From a bacterium (lineage in GTDB: Bacteria > SZUA-182 > DTGQ01), in NCBI GenBank assembly GCA_040752695.1, contig JBFMGO010000116.1, positions 1 through 18,411 of the forward strand: a stretch of DNA of 18,411 nt, written 5' to 3'. Under the pieces are notes generated by a model, which did no database searches, had not been told where the DNA came from, and worked only from the letters and a program-made list of their open reading frames with translations. This document shows positions 15,416 through 18,411 of the stretch, in pieces. The stretch's first letter is position 1; the number at the start of each line of letters is the position of its first letter. Position numbers and translations under genes: made by a program.

Positions 15416-16579
15416 TTAAAAGCGGAAAATGGCGGCTATGGGGTGAGGATCGGGCATATGCTCGGGTCTCAGGGCATAGACAGTCCCCCTGTGCAGAAGG
15501 GTCTGCGCAGCCGCTAGATCCATCAGATCCTCGTCTCCGGGTTCCATGCTCCAGTGCGTGATCACTTCACCCATTTCCGGGTCAAATACACCCCATTCCT
15601 GCAATCCCAGGGTGACGAAGAGAGTATCGATCCGATCGTTATAGGACGCTGGCACGATCTCCCTGATATCATGAGAGGTCCGCCCGACATGGGCAAGCTG
15701 CCTGTACTGCGAAAATGCTGACTGCTGTGTATTTTGAAGATATGTCTGGATAACAGTCCAGGCCCTCTGATGTAATTCATCCGCACTCATCTGTTCAGGA
15801 TTTTCCGGAATTCCTTCATCTATAAGGTAAGGGTATGAGTTTGCCTCTTTGTAGATTGGAAGCAGATACTCCACACCTGCAATAATTAAATGCGCGTGCT
15901 CCCCCCGCATCAGGGTATGGATACCCTTGTCAATCATTTGAAAATACCTCAAGATGTCTTTTTTATGCCTGTCGGCTTCAATGTCGATCCCGTGACTATG
16001 AAAAACGGAAGTGCGTATCCTTCCGCCTATATCCGCCCTGCCGGTACGAAACTGGGATTGTGTTTCCGGCTCATCGAACTTCAGTGCTTCCTCGATACTC
16101 TGGGGGATGATCCCTTTCAATTCAATTTCACTTATGCTGTAACGGGAACCATGGAATAACCGTGGATACCTTTGACTGAGTGTAAGAACGAAGAAACGCC
16201 CGTTAATGCTGAGCAAAGGAATGAGAGGTTTAATATGAAACCGGTGCGACACAAGGACCAATTCCTCGAATTGGGCAGGAAGGCGGTAAAAATAAAACTC
16301 CTGGGGAGCCAGAAAAACGGCCAGCCCGTCGCTTTGATGCTGCCAGAAGTAATGATCGTTCAAGAGCCCCTCAGCCGGCTCCAATAGCCCTTTTGCTTCC
16401 GAAGAGCGAAAGCCCTGGTCAACGATGGTCTTGAATGTCCTATGAAGCAGATTCTTGAACCGAATGGGATCCTGCTCAACCTCCTTCCCTCTACGGTGAG
16501 TCGGCATAAAAATCGAAACACAAGGCTCCTCATGTTTTTCCATGAGCCTTTTGAGTTCATCGATATTCAATAACTCCAT
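15416..16579 (-). CDS. Bacterial aeRF1-like protein (baeRF3/baeRF7 type; Balon-like)
   Basis: PCVSIFMPTHR...DPIRFKNL, GLAVFL, RFHIKPL and a C-terminal eRF1 domain-3-like end (LLHRGTVY...IAAIFRF). No GGQ motif. 387 aa. Confidence 0.8.
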   Translation of the reverse strand: MELLNIDELKRLMEKHEEPCVSIFMPTHRRGKEVEQDPIRFKNLLHRTFKTIVDQGFRSSEAKGLLEPAEGLLNDHYFWQHQSDGLAVFLAPQEFYFYRLPAQFEELVLVSHRFHIKPLIPLLSINGRFFVLTLSQRYPRLFHGSRYSISEIELKGIIPQSIEEALKFDEPETQSQFRTGRADIGGRIRTSVFHSHGIDIEADRHKKDILRYFQMIDKGIHTLMRGEHAHLIIAGVEYLLPIYKEANSYPYLIDEGIPENPEQMSADELHQRAWTVIQTYLQNTQQSAFSQYRQLAHVGRTSHDIREIVPASYNDRIDTLFVTLGLQEWGVFDPEMGEVITHWSMEPGDEDLMDLAAAQTLLHRGTVYALRPEHMPDPHPIAAIFRF

Positions 16580-16819
16580 AATGAGCTGCCACCTTTGTTT
16601 TTCTCATGTCACCTTGATATATATTGGGCTGACCTTTTAGAAAAATCAGCGTCTTTAAAAAAGTTAACTGCTGGTAATTCTTCGTACCTTTTGGATCATT
16701 TTCCTTACTTTCCATGCACCGGGGATTACGGAAAGAAAAAGACTTTTTCCACCAATCCCCTGCCCTCTTCAGCCGATATAAAAAGAGAGTGATCAAAAAT
16801 TTATCAAGCGAGAAAGTCA

Positions 16820-18274
16820 ATGGGAAAGACCACCTATTCCGATAAATATAACTTAGATGCTGTATTCAGTCTAACCAGGGCCATGATCGAGGAAAAAGAC
16901 CTCTACTCCCTTTTACGGCAAATTCACGATCAAACCAGGCAAGTGCTGCATGTGGATCGATGTACCATTTTCCTGTTCGACCGACAAAAAAATGAATTGT
17001 GGAGTTGGGTCAGTCCCGATCTTGAAATTCATGAGATCCGGTTACCGCTCGGACGAGGCATTGTCGGACAGGTTGCGGCCACGAAAGAGGCCAAGATGAT
17101 CAGGGATGCCGATACCTCTCCTTTTTTTGATTCTTCCTGGGATCAAAAAACCGGCTATCACACCAGAAACATCCTGGCTGTACCTATGCTGGCCAGAGGA
17201 GAGGAATTGGTAGGAGTGATAGAAGCCATCAACAGGCAAAAGAGCGACTTTGACGATTACGATAAATCTTTGCTGATGACCTTTGCCTCCCTGGCAGCCA
17301 CAGCAATCCGGGATGTTGAAAGGGATATGGAAAGAGAAAAATTCCTTGAGAGCGTGGTACGCTCTTTTGGTGAAACCATAGATGCACGTTCTGAGTTTAC
17401 CGCAGGTCACTCCCAAAGAGTGGCTACCTATGTCCGCAATTTCGCTATTGAACTGGGCTTAAGCAAGCAAGAGGTTACCGTTGCCTATTATGCCGCACTT
17501 CTCCACGATGTAGGGAAAATCGGCATCAAAGACGCGATTTTAGAAAAACCGGGCCGGTTGACACCGGAAGAATATCAATGCATTAAAGATCATGCCGCTT
17601 TTACCAGAAATATTCTCAATGCCATCGATTTTCCGGATGACCTTAAAGAAATACCGCAAATAGCCAGCTCGCACCATGAACAGATCGACGGGAGAGGATA
17701 TCCCGTCGGCCTGCGTGATAACCAGATTCATAAGCTGGCCAAAATGCTTTCCATTGTCGATGTCTACGAATCGCTGACCGCCCACGACCGGCCCTATCGC
17801 AAGGCTATGGAAGTCAAGGATGCCCTGCAGTTCCTTGTGCAAAACCAGGGGACCAGCTTTGACTCACAACTGGTAGAGCTTTTTATCCAAAAGCGCATCT
17901 ATCACACCGAACTAAGGATGCACAAAAGGATAAGTGTTGATGTAGCCATAGAATACGTGCTGGACCCGGATGGCCAGGTGAAGGAAAAGGAAGTTGGCAG
18001 GGGAAGAACGCTGAACATGAGCCAGGGCGGCCTCTTGTTCTCTTCGGATATCATCTTTCCGGTCCATAAAATGATAGAGCTGATTATCTACCTGCCCGAT
18101 ACCCGCATCGAAACCCTGGCACAGGTAGTCTGGTGCCAGAATATTGCATCAAGTAATAAATTTCAGGTAGGACTACGGTTCGCTGACCTCTCCTTCTATA
18201 CACAGCAAAAATTACAAAGATACCTGCAAAAGATTCCACTCAACGGTAACGGCCATAAGAACATCGACTCCTGA
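16820..18274 (+). CDS. GAF - HD-GYP - PilZ cyclic dinucleotide phosphodiesterase
   Basis: GAF (DRCTIFL, GIVGQV, TGYHTRNILAVPM, IN...FDDYD). HD-GYP (HSQRV, HDVGK, HHE..DGRGYP, IVDVY, RPYR). PilZ (RMHKR = RxxxR, NMSQGG = D/NxSxxG). Confidence 0.93.
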   Translation: MGKTTYSDKYNLDAVFSLTRAMIEEKDLYSLLRQIHDQTRQVLHVDRCTIFLFDRQKNELWSWVSPDLEIHEIRLPLGRGIVGQVAATKEAKMIRDADTSPFFDSSWDQKTGYHTRNILAVPMLARGEELVGVIEAINRQKSDFDDYDKSLLMTFASLAATAIRDVERDMEREKFLESVVRSFGETIDARSEFTAGHSQRVATYVRNFAIELGLSKQEVTVAYYAALLHDVGKIGIKDAILEKPGRLTPEEYQCIKDHAAFTRNILNAIDFPDDLKEIPQIASSHHEQIDGRGYPVGLRDNQIHKLAKMLSIVDVYESLTAHDRPYRKAMEVKDALQFLVQNQGTSFDSQLVELFIQKRIYHTELRMHKRISVDVAIEYVLDPDGQVKEKEVGRGRTLNMSQGGLLFSSDIIFPVHKMIELIIYLPDTRIETLAQVVWCQNIASSNKFQVGLRFADLSFYTQQKLQRYLQKIPLNGNGHKNIDS

Positions 18275-18340
18275 CCATTTTCCCTGGGTAGTGTTAAACA
18301 AGTAATGCTGAGTTAAAATTCCAGATAAAGTATTTGATAG

Positions 18341-18369
18341 CTCGAAAATGGTTATCTTCTATTTTCGAG
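18341..18369. other. 9-bp perfect inverted repeat (terminator or operator)
   Basis: CTCGAAAAT-N11-ATTTTCGAG, 66 bp after the HD-GYP stop. Confidence 0.5.
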
Positions 18370-18411
18370 AATGACAAGGTTTCACGCACCAGCCTTGAAA
18401 TCCTTTGCCGT

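Noticed and set aside
1366..17842. Other overlapping or antisense ORFs in the track (e.g. 2480-2932, 3937-4611, 7415-8014, 9483-9842, 10203-10637, 12304-12894, 17042-17416)
   Set aside because: They lie opposite or inside well-supported genes and have no recognisable motifs.

Overview
This is ordinary chromosomal DNA from a diderm bacterium. A Desulfobacterota-like anaerobe is suggested by the multiheme cytochrome, the sigma54 site and c-di-GMP signalling, but the taxonomy is inference only. No mobile element, CRISPR array, rRNA or tRNA was found. The left half is a co-oriented minus-strand run: lipoprotein, FadL/PorV/TraF-like beta-barrel, Slt lytic transglycosylase, hemL, an orphan OppC/DppC permease, nagZ and a truncated DegT-family aminotransferase. 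The right half holds sixA, DUF2905, DUF1848, a stand-alone Zn-ribbon rpsD, a membrane-anchored TPR protein, a putative octaheme NapC/NirT-like cytochrome c, a baeRF/Balon-like protein and a GAF-HD-GYP-PilZ protein. Three things stand out. (1) A near-consensus sigma54 promoter with a 41-bp tandem repeat upstream precedes a ~700-nt non-coding region full of nested and alternative inverted repeats in front of the cytochrome. (2) The lipoprotein, barrel and Slt genes form an uncharacterised envelope module. (3) Most genes are followed by their own degenerate tandem repeat, several of which begin on the stop codon itself.
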